Source: Octopus sinensis (Eukaryota). Taken from it: a stretch of 64,000 bases of DNA. This document shows positions 27,447 to 40,707 of this stretch, piece by piece. Below the pieces are notes generated by a model. That model worked only from the letters and a program-made list of their open reading frames with translations, did no database searches and was not told the origin of the DNA. The DNA lies in contig NC_043003.1 of assembly GCF_006345805.1 (NCBI RefSeq), positions 14,260,001 through 14,324,000 on the forward strand. Reading direction: 5' to 3'. The position numbers were made by a program, and so were the translations under genes. The stretch's first letter is position 1; each line of letters starts with the position of its first letter.

Positions 27447-28334
27447 AGCGTGTCTGGGAGTGTATGTATATATATATATATACTTTTATGTGTCGGCAAT
27501 TGAAGAGGAACGTTAAAATATTCACAGCAATTTTTCATTCATATAGTTCTATAATAAATATTGTTTTTGGAAGATAACAAGATAACATGGTGGGGAGAAG
27601 GATAAAAGCGGCGGGAGAGAGACGTTTACTTTTTCGGGGCGACATAGTAACATAGACGGAGATTTGGGAAGAATGAATGAATGGATGAAGAAACCAGATT
27701 TAAACGTGGATAAAAAAGGAGAGAAAAAAAAGTTTGGATGCTGGATTTCGAATTATCTTATCTTTATCCAATTACTTTTATTTCGTTTATTTTTTTTTTT
27801 TAATCTATTTCGTTCTAGCAGCAGTATGAACGACATCTGAGAGAAAAAGGGAAGAACGGTAGAAGGAAAAAAAAAAAAAAAAAGGGAAACTTTTTTCTTC
27901 CTATAAGCGGAGCTGTATATATAGGAAGTTGTAATGCAATGCTTACTGACAGGATTTCTTTCACGAAACGACTGCAACTGGGTATGATCGTATGAAAAGC
28001 GAACTTAGGGGGCAAAAAAAAAAAAATGACTAGCTTAAATGAATGAAGGATGAGGTTGGGTGGTGGAACGATGTTTATATAGGGGACAGTGGACAGGATT
28101 GATGACACATCAAAAGAACGAAGCGCAAACGATAACAAAGCTAAGTAATGTGTGTGTGCATGTATGTATGTATTATATACACACTCACATATACATGTGT
28201 AGATTCACAAATATACATGCATAGAGAGATTACCGCGCATTCACGCGATATACGATTATAGATAGTGATACAAAAAAAAGTTCATACGTGACTACAGCAG
28301 GTATAAAAATCACATACACTATATATATATATAT

Positions 28335-28560
28335 TTCTTTACTACCCACAAGGGGCTAAACACAGAGAGGACAAACAAGGACAGACAAAGGGATTAAGTC
28401 GATTCCATCGACCCCAGTGTGTAACTGGTACTTAATTTATCGACCCCGAAAGGATGAAAGGCAAAGTCAACCTCGGCGGAACTTGAACTCAGAACGTAAC
28501 GGCAGACGAAATACGGCTTCGCATTTCGCCCGACGTGCTTAACGTTTCTGCCAGGTCGCC
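28335..28560 (-). mobile_element. SINE family C, full length
   Basis: As above. Confidence 0.9.
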
Positions 28561-28837
28561 TACAAATACACACACATGCATGTGTGTGTATTGGGTGTTG
28601 GGTAAGATGCTTGTTTCCAAACCACATAGCTTTGGGTTCAGTCCCACTTGCATCTCGGTAAAGTGTCCTTTCCACTAGCCCCGGGCTGACGAAAGTCTTG
28701 TGGATGGATTTGGTAGACGGGAATTGAAAGAAGTCCATCGCATGTGTGTGTGTGTGTGTTTAAACAACCGATGTTAGTTTGTTTATGCACCCCCGTAACC
28801 TAGCGGCTCATCAAAAGTCCCCGATAGAATAAGTTCC

Positions 28838-28883
<46 letters not shown>

Positions 28884-28884
<1 letters not shown>

Positions 28885-29287
28885 ACTCTCTCTCTCCTTT
28901 ACTCTTACTTGTTTCAGTCATTTGACTGCGGCCATGCTGGAGCACTGCCTTTTAGTCGAGCAAATCGACCCCAGGACTTATTTTTTGTAAGCTTAGTACT
29001 TATTCTATCGGTATCTTTGGCCGAACCGCTAAGTTACGGGGACGTAAACACCAGCATCGGTTGTCAAGCGATGTTGGGGGGGGGGAGACAAACAGACACA
29101 CATACATATATATATACATATATATACGACGGGCTTCTTTCAGTTTCCGTCTACAAAATCCACTCACAAGGCTTTGGTCGGCCCGAGGCTATAGTAGAAG
29201 ACACTTGCCCAAGGTGCCACGCAGTGGGACTGAACCCGGAACCATGTGGTTGGTAAGCAAGCTACTTACCACACAGACACTCCTGCG
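28884..29287 (-). mobile_element. SINE family A
   Basis: As above. Confidence 0.9.
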
Positions 29288-29906
29288 ATATATATATATA
29301 TATCGTTGCTATGACGCTAAAGTGTCATAAGTCTAAAACGTTGCTTTTTCAGAAAACGAAAAAATAGTTTCACCATTCCATAGCAAAACCGTTGTACTAC
29401 ACTTTGACAATTTTTGATATCTTGACATCTGAAGCAGCTGGAGATACGACAGTTTGACAAAAAGACCTGGTTATTGCAAGCTAAAATAAATATTGAAAAA
29501 AAGAAACGCATTTGGCCAAACTTGGACATACGACAGTTTAACATGATAGCAACGATATATACTGGGGTAGATTTGTTCGCCTAAAAACACTGGTGCTCCA
29601 GTTTTTTGACAGAAACCAGAAAAAAATAAGATGTATAAACTTCTTTAAGCTTTGGAACTCTAACAGACCAAAAGAGTCACTGTTATAACATACATTGTCA
29701 CTTCAGTGCATAAATCTGTAAATCTGGCAGAGCATGTTCATCTCCAACTGGAGTCACTGATTCTTTCTTACCTGAACTAAAATAGTGAGAATCGATCCTA
29801 ATATAGACTTCGAAAGGATGAAAGATGAACTTCACTTTGGCAGGATTTGAACTCAGAATTTAGAGAAACCCAGTCGATGCACCAACAAATATGCCAACTG
29901 ACTACA

Positions 29907-30291
29907 TCTTTATATATAAAAGTGAAGTTGTGTGTCTGTCTCCTACGATTTAGATTCCTAACTAACGGTGCAGTTTAACCAAAACCGGGTATCTTATAGT
30001 CGTGATTCATATTGAGCCCTTCTGGGTATTAGCACGCGTCTACGATGAGTCTACGATTTTTAAAATAATTTACCATCATTTTTTTCCATTTTAATGCATT
30101 TTTTCTCTATTATATAAGGGGAGTAACTCTCTAAAAATGTCTACGATGAGTCAATGATTTTTAAAAAAATTTACCATCATTTTTTTCCATTTTTAATGCA
30201 TTTTTTTGCTATTTTTTGGCTATAACTCTCTTAAAATGCTTATATAGTTATTTCCCTTACAAACCCGAGCAACGCCGGGCGATACTGCTAG
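29907..30291 (+). mobile_element. Non-autonomous Helitron-like element
   Basis: A|TC 5' end; subterminal hairpin CCCGAGCAACGCCGGG; CTAG|T 3' end; no TSD; internal ~90-bp duplication. Confidence 0.8.
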
Positions 30292-30600
30292 TGTTATATA
30301 AATGTGCGTGTGTGTAGGCTCAAAACGTTAAAAACATCTATTTTCCTGAACATCAAACTAATACACCTTGTTTTCATTCCTCACTTGTTTCTGTCTTTTG
30401 TATATGTACAATTTTGAACTATATATATATTTATATATATATTCGACGGGCTTCTTTCAGTTTCCGCCAACAAAATCCATTCACTAGGCTCAGGTCAACT
30501 TGAGGCTATAGTAGAAGACACTTGCCTGTGGTGCCACACAGTAGGACTGAACCCTCAACCATGTGGTTGGGAAGCAAGCTTCTTACCACCCAGCCACTCC

Positions 30601-30631
<31 letters not shown>

Positions 30632-31031
30632 TCTCTTTTACTATTTTACTTGTTTCAGTCATTTGACTGCGGCCATGCTGGAGCACCACCTTTAGTCGAG
30701 CAAATCGACCCCGGGACTTATTCTTTGTAAACCCAGTACTTATTCTATTGGTCTCTTTTGCCGAACCGCTAAGTGACGGGGACGTAAACACACCAGCATC
30801 GGTTGTCAAGCAATGCTAGGGGGACAAACACAGACACACAAACACACACACATATATATATGTATACATATATACGACAGGCTTCTTTCAGTTTCCGTCT
30901 ACCAAATCCACTCACAAGGCATTGGTCCGCCCGGAGCTATAGCAGAAGACACTTGCCCAAGATGCCACGCAGTGGGACTGAACCCGGAACCATGTGGTTA
31001 GTTAGCAAGCTACTTACCACACAGCCACTCC
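30632..31031 (-). mobile_element. SINE family A
   Basis: As above. Confidence 0.9.
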
Positions 31032-31171
31032 ATTATTATGTACTTTATTGTGATCTAGATAAATGTTTTATCATATACTTTATTTTTTTCGATATGGTGT
31101 GATTTACGTCTTTCATTGTTTGAATTACATAATAGAGGTTTTTCTCTAATTCATATAAATATATATATATT

Positions 31172-31757
31172 AGAAGAAATGAGGTACACAGAAATCTGGA
31201 TGGTTTTATGTTTACAGATATTTATTAATATGTCACGTTTTTATAAATCATATATTAGTGCTTGCGTCCACTCTAGTGGAGTCTTCAGATTGAACTTTTT
31301 CAGGAAATTTGTCTCTTTTTATAGTATTATTGAGTGTGTAGGGGTGGAGAGAGATATAAGATAGTACAAGAGGGTGAGGAATGGGTTTGCCATTACTAAA
31401 AGCCAAGAATCACTTCCTAATGGAAGAACTGACCAGCTGCAAAGATGTCAACACATTTTTTTCTTCTTTCTCTCTTCCTTCTTCTTTTTCATTGACACTT
31501 CATTCAGATACAAAAGCATACACACACTCTCTCTCTCTCACTTTCTCCCCATTCCTCACCCTCTTGTACTATCTTATATATCTCTCCACCCCTACACACT
31601 CAATATAAAAAGAGACAAATTCCCTGAAAAAAATCAATCTGAAGACTCCACTAGAGTGGACACAAGCGCTAATATATGATTTATAAAAACATGTGACATA
31701 TTAATAAAAATCTGTAAATATAAAACCAGCCAGATTTCTGAGTACCTTATTTCTTCT
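31172..31757. repeat. Long fold-back (~210-bp arms) with a hammerhead-like core in each arm; Penelope-like terminus
   Basis: 31172-31385 pairs with 31548-31757; each arm has CTGAAGA-cTCCAC-taga-GTGGAc-(G/A)CAA-GC(G/A)C-TA. Confidence 0.85.
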
Positions 31758-32331
31758 CATATATACCTGTACATCATCTTCAAACCTTCTAATTGCAATG
31801 CGATTAACTTATTTATTGTCTTAAATGAGTGAAGGTAAAGAAATATTTTACCGTTAATTTATAATACAAATAAGAAAATGGAGAAACAATTTAGTTTGTT
31901 CATCAACTTTCGGATATTAGAATGTTGAATTATTTATTCTTTTAACAAAATGAGAACCTTAATAGCATATATATGTATCTTATATATATATATAATATAA
32001 TATATATACATATATATACAAATATATACATATATATGTATATATGTCTGCATGTATGTATATTCATTTTATTTATACATGTGATGGATGACGTAGCGTC
32101 ACATATGTAACTAACACAGATTTCGAAACAACTGTCAACAAATAGAATAAACAACTCTTCTCATTTCATTTCTCTTATCTGGCCAAAATATGTATATATA
32201 TATTTATGTATGTATATAGTAGATGTATAGTATATGTATGTGTATATATATATATATATATATAGTGTATATCTATGTCTAGACATACAAACATGGTAAA
32301 TTTACTCTATAGAAAATATAAATGATAAACA

Positions 32332-32374
32332 ACCTTAATCAATTTTCGACCCTTCGTGGGGTTGCATCAGAGGT
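32332..32374 (-). ncRNA. Minimal type I hammerhead ribozyme motif (A9 to C variant)
   Basis: acct-CTGATGC-aaccc-cacgaa-gggtc-GAAA-attgat-TA-aggt; stems I and II pair; helix III is a decayed ATCGAT palindrome. Confidence 0.6.
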
Positions 32375-32474
32375 GTCTATACCACTTGACCAATCCCAGA
32401 GAATGCTGCAACCGATCTGTTTACAAACACAACACACACACACACACATATATATATTTGGATACGGTATACCT

Positions 32475-32857
32475 GGCGTAGGAGTGGCTGTGTGGTAAGT
32501 TGCTTGCTTACCAACCACATGGTTCCGGGTTCAGTCCCACTGCGTGGCACCTTGGGCAAGTGTCTTCTACTATAGCCTCGGGCCGACCAAAGCCTTGTGG
32601 GTGGATTTGGTAGACGGAAACTGAAAGAAGCCCGTCGTATATATGTATATATATATATATATATATATGTATGTTTGTGTGTTGTGTTTGTCCTCCCCCC
32701 CAACATCGCTTGACAACCGATGCTGGTGTGTTTACGTCCCCGTAATAAGTACTAGGCTTACAAAGAATAAGTCCTGGGGTCGATTTCCTCGACTAAAGGC
32801 GGTGCTCCAGCATGGCCACAGTCAAATGACTGAAACAAGTAAATGAGAAATGAGAAT
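32475..32857 (+). mobile_element. SINE family A with small internal deletion
   Basis: As above. Confidence 0.9.
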
Positions 32858-33164
32858 ACCTATTCCGAGATGAGATCCATCAGTTTGTGAATTATTACTA
32901 TTAAAGAGAATGATCTTATTTCTTTTTCTCTTTCCATGTGTATGAAATATCTATCACACACACACACGCACACCTTTTCCCCGACCAGGCTCCGTAAGAT
33001 GACATTATACTTTGCTGGCTGCTATACACTTCAGTTCTTTACTTCATTGCTCCCGCTTTTCCAGTTGGACTCAAAATGTTTCACTATGTTGTCTTCACAT
33101 TCATCTTGTGTGTATATATACATGCACACACTCATATAGCTAAAGAGGCATCACTTTCCCCTCT

Positions 33165-33345
33165 CTCACTGTATATATATATATATATACATATGTAAAT
33201 AAATATACATATATATATATGCATACATATGTAAATAAATATGTAAATACATATGTAAATAAATATACATATACATATGTATATGTGTATATATGCATAT
33301 TTATCAACATATATGTACATTTGCATGTATGTGTATGTGTGTGTT

Positions 33346-33387
<42 letters not shown>

Positions 33388-33627
33388 CATATGTATGTAT
33401 TTGCATACACATACAAATACATATTTGTAAAATGTAAATATATATATACATATACTTGCAAATATATATGTATGCATACACATTTATATCCATATGTATA
33501 TATGTGTATGTGTGTATATATATATATAATATATATTATATATTATATAGATACATACACACACACACATACCTATATATGTACATACCCATATATATGT
33601 GTATATTATGATGATGAGGATGTGATG

Positions 33628-33667
<40 letters not shown>

Positions 33668-33710
33668 GCATGAGTGTGTATATATGCATACATACACACA
33701 TATATATTAT
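33165..33710. repeat. Degenerate (TA)/(CA) low-complexity tract
   Basis: Direct reading. Confidence 0.9.
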
Positions 33711-34039
33711 AGGTGGTGTGGCTACATAGCCATATGGTAAGGAGTTTGCTTGTTTACTATATGATTCCAGGGTTCAGTCCCATAGCATGGTACCATGGCA
33801 AGTGTTTTCTGCTGTAGTCTGGAACTCACCAAAGCCTATGAATGAATTTGGTTGACAGAAACTGAAAGAAACCCAGTAATGTGTGCGTGCGTTGCTGCGC
33901 CCCCCCCCCCCTCCGCGCCACTGCTTGACAACTGGTGCTATTTTAGATCCCCATAACTTAGCTGTCCGGCAACAGATACTAACTTATGGGATAAGTACTA
34001 GGTTTAGTACTGATCGACGACTAAACCCTTCCAGGCAGT

Positions 34040-34139
34040 NNNNNNNNNNNNNNNNNNNNNNNNNNNNNNNNNNNNNNNNNNNNNNNNNNNNNNNNNNNNN
34101 NNNNNNNNNNNNNNNNNNNNNNNNNNNNNNNNNNNNNNN
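34040..34139. other. Assembly gap (100 N)
   Basis: Run of N. Confidence 1.
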
Positions 34140-34660
34140 CACACACACACTATATATATATATATACACACACGCATGCATACATATACATACATAAACA
34201 GACACACACACAAATATATGTGTGTGTGTATATATATATATACGAGCCTAGAGTTTATTTATTTATATATATATATATAGATATATGTATATACGAGTCT
34301 AGGGTTTATATATATATATTTCAACACACGCACATATGCATATGTATACATACATAAAAACAGACACACACACAAATATATGTGTGTGTGTGTATATATA
34401 TATATATACGAGCCTAGAGTTTATTTATATATATATAAATATATGTATATACGAGCCTAGGGTTTATATATATATATATTTACACACACACCCACATGCA
34501 TCTGTATACATACATAAACACAGACACACACACAAATACATGTGTGTATATATATATATATATATATACGAGCCTAGAGTTTATTTATATATATATAGAT
34601 ATATGTATATACGAGCCTAGGATTTATATATATATATAATCACACACGCACGATGTATAT
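34140..34660. repeat. Higher-order minisatellite, ~3 units with paired ATACGAGCCTAG motifs
   Basis: ACGAG(C/T)CTAG(A/G)(G/A)TTTA occurs six times, in pairs, at ~160-170-bp period. Confidence 0.8.
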
Positions 34661-35513
34661 ATGAGCTGAACAGATAAAAAGAAACTTCAGTTACCAAGTA
34701 TATGTGTGTGTGTACGTATTTATATATATATCTATATATATATAATATATATATATATCATATATATGTATGTATATAATATATATATGTGTGTGTGTGT
34801 GTGTGTGTAATCAGGGAGCTTTAATCTTTGAATATAAGGCGGATGAAATTTTTTTCCTGTTTTTTTTTCTTTAAGCGGAATAAATTAATGAATACATATC
34901 GATTTTTTTTTCTGAAATATTAAGCAATTATTAATAAATCAATATTTCCCAGATTTTAAAAAGTATTGATGAAATTTGTAAAATGAAACGGCAGTTGTAT
35001 TGCTTTATGTACGCCTGTATATATATATATATTTATATATATATTCATAAATATAATTTATTTATTTTGAAGGGACAAACCCCTCTGGCTTTCTTCCAGT
35101 GCATTTTATATGGCTATCGTTTAAGCTGTCCTCAATCCCTTATACATACCGTATTCGCTACAAATGTACTTCCTTGTCCTTAGTGAGTGCATGTTTTTCG
35201 ATGGTTTGCGTGTGTGTTTTAATTACGAGAGCTAATGTATATATATGCGTGTGTGTATAAATAGACGGCCGCGAAAATAGATAACACAGAAAAATGGTAA
35301 AATAAGCTGGCGTACCTAGAGACACCGTAAATAGCAACACACTGTGCGTGTGTGCCTATTAATATACATACATATATATCTATATACATACATCAAATAT
35401 GTATGTATGTATGTATATATATATATAACATACATTCATACATATTACATACATTATACTCATGTAACTATGGAATGAAGTATTTTATACATCACTAAAT
35501 AATATATGCATTA

Positions 35514-35623
35514 GGCGAAAGTAAAGAATAAGTACACCTGGTATTTATGATTAGGGTTTAAGATTAGGGTTAGGGGTTTTGTTACGCCGAAAACGGGTGG
35601 TGTACGTATTCTTTACCTCCGCC
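35514..35623. mobile_element. 110-bp MITE-like element with 25-bp TIRs enclosing TTAGGG-like repeats
   Basis: GGCGAAAGTAAAGAATAAGTACACC / GGTGTACGTATTCTTTACCTCCGCC flank ATTAGGGTTTAAGATTAGGGTTAGGGG. Confidence 0.7.
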
Positions 35624-35720
35624 ATAAACTATATATATACATAAACTATACGTATATCGTACGCTTTACTTATATATACTTATATATTTACTTATATTTA
35701 TTTATTTATGTGTGTGTGGT

Positions 35721-36030
35721 GTGGAGGCGCAATGGCCCAGTGGTTAGGGTAGCGGATTCGCGGTCGGAGGATCGCAGTTTCGACTCCCAGACCGGGCGTT
35801 GTGTGTGTGTTTATTGAGCGAAAACACCTAAAAGTTCCACGAAGCTCCGGCAGGGAGTTGTGGCGACCCCTGTTGTACTCTTTCGCCACAACTTTCTCTC
35901 GTTCTTTCTTCCTGTTTCTTGAGTAACGCTGCGATGGTCTGGCGTCTCGTCCAGCTGGGGGGAACACATACGCCATAAAAACCGGGAAACCGGGCCCATG
36001 AATCTGGCTAAGCTTGAAAAGGGTGCATAA
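35721..36030 (+). mobile_element. SINE family B (GTGGAGGCGCAATGGCCCAGTGG head)
   Basis: A/B boxes; head shared with 39559, 48455-48608 (-) and 63216. Confidence 0.85.
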
Positions 36031-36131
36031 ATATATATATCTATATATTAATTTTTGTTTTTATTTTCGGTAAATAATAACAGGAATTTTACATTTATAC
36101 TTTTGTAGAGTATAAATGTATTATTCTTGAT

Positions 36132-36166
36132 AGTGACTTCGAAGTTTCGGCCAGCATCGTCGGACT
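36132..36166 (-). ncRNA. Minimal type I hammerhead ribozyme motif (U4 to C variant)
   Basis: agt-CCGACGA-tgctggcc-GAAA-cttcgaag-TC-act; perfect palindromic helix III ACTTCGAAGT; GUC cleavage triplet. Confidence 0.6.
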
Positions 36167-37398
36167 TGTTATGTTAAATGCTTGTTTCAGTCATTAGACC
36201 CCAGTGCATATTTTTAAGCCTGGTACTCATTTTATCGAACTATTTTGCCGAACGGCTATGTTGTGGGAATATAAACAAACCAATACCAGTTGTGGTGCGG
36301 AACAAACAAACACACGCGCACACACACTGTGCATTCTGAGTTCAAATCCAGCCTCCTGTCACTGACACTGACAAGGGTAAGCTTGTGTATATTTCAGCAC
36401 ATTAAGCCAGCGTCGAGAGAACGCAGAGGGGATGTTCAAAATACAATACTCTATAAATTAACGCTGTTCGCACATAAAATTCACACACTATTGGCTTCAA
36501 ATTTTGGCACAAGGCCAACAATTTAGGGAACAGCGGTAAGTCGATTACATCGATCCCACTGCCCGAGTTGTTCTTATTTTATCAACCCCTAGGCCTCACC
36601 AAGTGACTGAGGCTTTGGGAAATATGCCGTGCGTGAGAAGACCCGGCAAGCCAAATGAGACCATAATCTCGTGGCCTATGCCAGGGGTGTAAACCAGCCC
36701 ACTTATGCGTACCTTTTCCTGCTTTGGACACTAAAACTCTGCTTGCGAAGACCTGTTGAGGCAACTGAAATCAAAATCAAATTCGATGACTGGCGTCCGT
36801 GCTAGCAGGGTGCAAAGAGCACTATACGAGTGTGATCATTGACAGAGCAGCTAACTGGCTTCCGTGTCTGCGTCTTTGTGTCTCTGATTGTTCCCCATCA
36901 CTGCTTGACAACTAGTGTTGGTGTGTTTATGTCACCGCAACTTAGCAGTTCGGCAAAAGAGACTGATAGAATAAGTACTAGACTTAAGAAATAAACCCTG
37001 AGGTTGATTTGTTCAACTAAAACCCTTCAAGGCAGTGCTCCAGCATGGCCGCAGTCAAATTACTGAAACAAGTAAAACAATATATATATATATATATAAT
37101 ATAATAAAAGGGTAAATAATTTTTTCGATGGTTTTTCAGACAACCAACAATTATTTACCGGTAGATTTCGGTATGTAAATATGACTTTCGGCATCGAGAA
37201 CTTCTGTAGAGTTCAGTATATATAGTATACTACAGAAGTTCCCGACACTAAAACTTATATATTTATATATATATATATATAAATATATATTGTTGTATTT
37301 GGGGAAGGTCATGTTGCCAGTTTAGCCAGTGAAAACACATGCACTATATATTTGGTGTTATTTTGCTTCAGCTTTATTTTGTATTAATTGTATTTCAG

Positions 37399-37438
37399 CC
37401 AGAGTTCTTTCATCACACTTCTGTGACCTCATCAGTGG
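37399..37438 (-). ncRNA. Minimal type I hammerhead ribozyme motif
   Basis: cca-CTGATGA-g-gtcac-agaagt-gtgat-GAAA-gaac-TC-tgg; catalytic core letters intact. Confidence 0.55.
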
Positions 37439-37700
37439 TCCTTTGCTTTCTTCTTTCTTTTTTGTGTGTCTTTCCTTACTAATGATCAGCCATTTTGTAT
37501 TCCTATTGTATGTGCCTTTACTTGCGCATGCGTATGCCCCTGTGTGTGTCTATGTTTAGTAAGTGTGTGTGTGGGGGGTGCCTTTCCCTTGTTATATATA
37601 TATACAATTGTAGCATGGGAGGTGTTTATAAGCTGCAATTCTTTTTGTTTCAGCACACAATCTCAGATCAGGTCACTTGCTATGCAAGTACATCTCCATA

Positions 37701-37733
<33 letters not shown>

Positions 37734-38664
37734 TACTCAATCTGCATATGTGTGCATGTTACACATGCACTATACTTTATTATACATGAATAGGCATACA
37801 TAGTTATATACGTATATAGATGCTCATATATTTATATATATATCTATATTGTATGTTGATTTCAAATTTTGGCACAAGACCAGTAAGATTTGAGGGATTT
37901 GGGTAAGTCGATTATGCCAATTCCAGCGCTGAACTGGTACTTATTTTATCGACTCCGAAAGGGATGAAAAATAAGTCAACCTTTATGAAATTTGAACTCA
38001 GAATGTAAAGACAGACAAAATACCGCTAAGCATTTTGCCCAGCATGCTAACAATTCTGCTGGCTCACCTGCACACACACACACCACCACCACCCACATAC
38101 AGGAGTAGTATGAAAACCTAGTGCTCTGCAGAGATCAACTAAAGAAGAATATGTAAAAATAAAAAATCTTGGTTGTGCTCCAGCATGGCCGCAGGCACAT
38201 GCTAAAACGAATAAAATAATGTGTGCATATATATATATATATAGTTTAAATTTATAGAAAAATAAAAGATGAAGACAGGTGTATGAACAACAAGCAAGTG
38301 TATTAGTTTGACACTCAGGAAAATGAAAAAATCTTTTTGTATTTCGAGTCTATGCTCTTCAACAGAAAGGAACAAGAGAAAATAAACAGAGAATGAAAAA
38401 AACCTTGTAGATTTCAGCAGTCCAGGTGTAACATATAAAGGCATATTTTTTTTCTTTGATGAAATTATGCTCATAGCATATTAATGCAAATTTAATGCAT
38501 AAATTTGTAATTTAATTATTGAGTACTAATGGAAACGGCTGTAAGAAGTAAAGATTACAAATTTCTTAATAAATAATTATTAACTTTCTACTCACCATTT
38601 CCTTTTCATTTAACTGGATAAGAACTATATATATATATGTGTATGTTGTATAATGTATGTATAT

Positions 38665-39054
38665 TCTTTTACTTGTTTCAATCCTTTGACTGCAGCCATG
38701 CTGGAGCAGGGCTTTTAGTTGAACAAATCGACCCCAGGACTTATTCTTTGTAAGCCTAGTACTTATTCTATCGGTCTCTTTTGCCGGACCGCTAAGTTAT
38801 GGGTTGTAAACACACCAACATCATGGTGTTGGGGGGAGACACAGACACACAAACATACACACACACACACATATGTATATATATATATATACAACAGGCT
38901 TTTTTCAGATTCCGTGTACCAAATCCACTCACAAGGCTTTGGTCAGCCCAAAGCTATATTAGAAGACACTTGCCCAAGGTGCCATGTAGTGAGACTGAAC
39001 CCGGCACCATGTGGTTGGTAAGCAAGCTACTTACCACACAGCCACTCCTGCACC
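38665..39054 (-). mobile_element. SINE family A (CpG-decayed)
   Basis: As above, with several CG to CA/TG changes. Confidence 0.88.
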
Positions 39055-39478
39055 TATATATAACTATATATTTCCTTATTCATTTTTGCCATGCAGCTGT
39101 GTTCTTGCTGGAGCACCACAGTGTGTGTTTGTGTGTATAGTAATTTACATTTGTATTTGTGTACTATTTCTTCATTTTTTTTCCATCCTTATTTTCATAT
39201 ACATTTGCTGCTTTCTTCCGAAAAATTTAATACTCTTAATTTAGCTTTTCCTTGGGGATAGCCAGATTGGAGCAGTCTCGAGTATAACCAGCTGAAATTG
39301 CAAAGATAATCTGGAACTCGACTGAGGAAAGAAAACTTTGAATGACCCGTCCATGGTTTTTCTTGTCCTTCATTTGTATCATCTGTCTGTATGTTTTGTT
39401 TCCCTTTTTTTGTATCATCTAGCTGTCTGGATGTTTTGAATTCTTGCCCCATTTTTTTGTATTCTTTTATATTATTAT

Positions 39479-39510
<32 letters not shown>

Positions 39511-39558
39511 TATATAATATATATATATGTATGTATGTATGTGTGTGTGTGTGTGTGT

Positions 39559-39869
39559 GTGGAGGCGCAATGGCCCAGTGGTTAGGGCAGCGGACTCGCA
39601 GTCATAGAATCGCAGTTTCGATTCCCAGACCGGGCGTTGTGAGTGCTTATTGAGCGAAACACCTAAAAGTTCCACGAGCTCATGCAGGTGGGGGTGGCGA
39701 TCCTGCTGTACTCTTTCGCCACAACTTTCTCTCACTTTTTCTACAGTGGGGGCCTGCTTAGCCAGCGGGTGGTTGGGGTGGGGGTGGTGCCATTTGAAGG
39801 CTAAAACATGTGAAGTGCATTGTGACCAGCGATGTGTAGCAACATCTGATAGCCTGGCGGTTCACGGGG

Positions 39870-39870
<1 letters not shown>
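39559..39870 (+). mobile_element. SINE family B
   Basis: As above. Confidence 0.85.
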
Positions 39871-39916
<46 letters not shown>

Positions 39917-40655
39917 TATACATAAGTATATATAATATATATATATATTATATATATGCTTATATAGGTGTTTTTGCAAGATCTCTGATGTGAAATCATT
40001 TATTTCAACAGATGTTATATTTCGGAATAGTCATTTTTTTTTCTTTTTTTGTTTCTTTTACCAAATAAACACACACACTATATATTTCTTCTTCACTCCA
40101 GCTCTATTATTGTTTTTATCTTCTTGTCCGTTGTCTGGAAATATTTTGTCATACATCCTGTGACCTCTTTGGCGACTCTTTCTCGAAAGAATGGACTAAA
40201 CAACAGGAGACATATGGGGTGGAGAGTCATTGAAGAGGTCACAGGACATGTGATAAAAAATATTTCCAGACAATGGACAATAAGATAAGAACAATAATAA
40301 ACAAGTGAAGAACAAATATACAGTTTGTATGTTTATCTGATAAGAAAAAGGAAAAAAAAAAAACCACCATCCTGAAATATAACAATACATGTGTGTGTGT
40401 GTGTGTGTATGTGTGTGTGTGCTATTCTTGTATTCTTTTACTTGTTTCAGTCATTTGACTGTGGCCATGCTGGAGCACTGCCTTTAGTCAAACAAATTAA
40501 CCCCAGGACTCATTCTTTGTAAGCCTAGTACTTATTACTCTATCGGTGTCTTTTGCCGAACTACTAGGTTACAGGGATGTAAACACGCCAACATCAGTTG
40601 TCAAGCAATGGTGGGAGGACAAAGACAGACACACAAATATATATATATATATATA

Positions 40656-40707
40656 GCAAAAACTGTCTGATGAACGGCAACGAGAAACTCAGAGTAACAG
40701 ATTTTGT
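40656..40707 (+). ncRNA. Minimal type I hammerhead ribozyme in a Penelope-like terminal fragment (40656-40805)
   Basis: gcaaaa-a-ctgt-CTGATGA-acg-gcaa-cga-GAAA-ctcagag-TA-acag-a-ttttgt; intact core, GNRA-capped stem II, GUA triplet; AATAAA ~20 nt downstream; inserted in the (TA)n of a SINE A. Confidence 0.75.

Noticed and set aside
28867-29330. Recurrent ORFs with [21 protein letters not shown] / KVPRSGTEPGTMW
   Set aside because: Antisense translations of SINE family A; frames are not preserved among copies.
34040-34139. ORFs spanning X residues
   Set aside because: Assembly gap of placeholder length; adjacency across it is unverified.
36590-36870. Possible HDV-like ribozyme at the 5' part of an RTE-associated repeat
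   Set aside because: I could not assign the nested double pseudoknot by eye; it needs a descriptor search.
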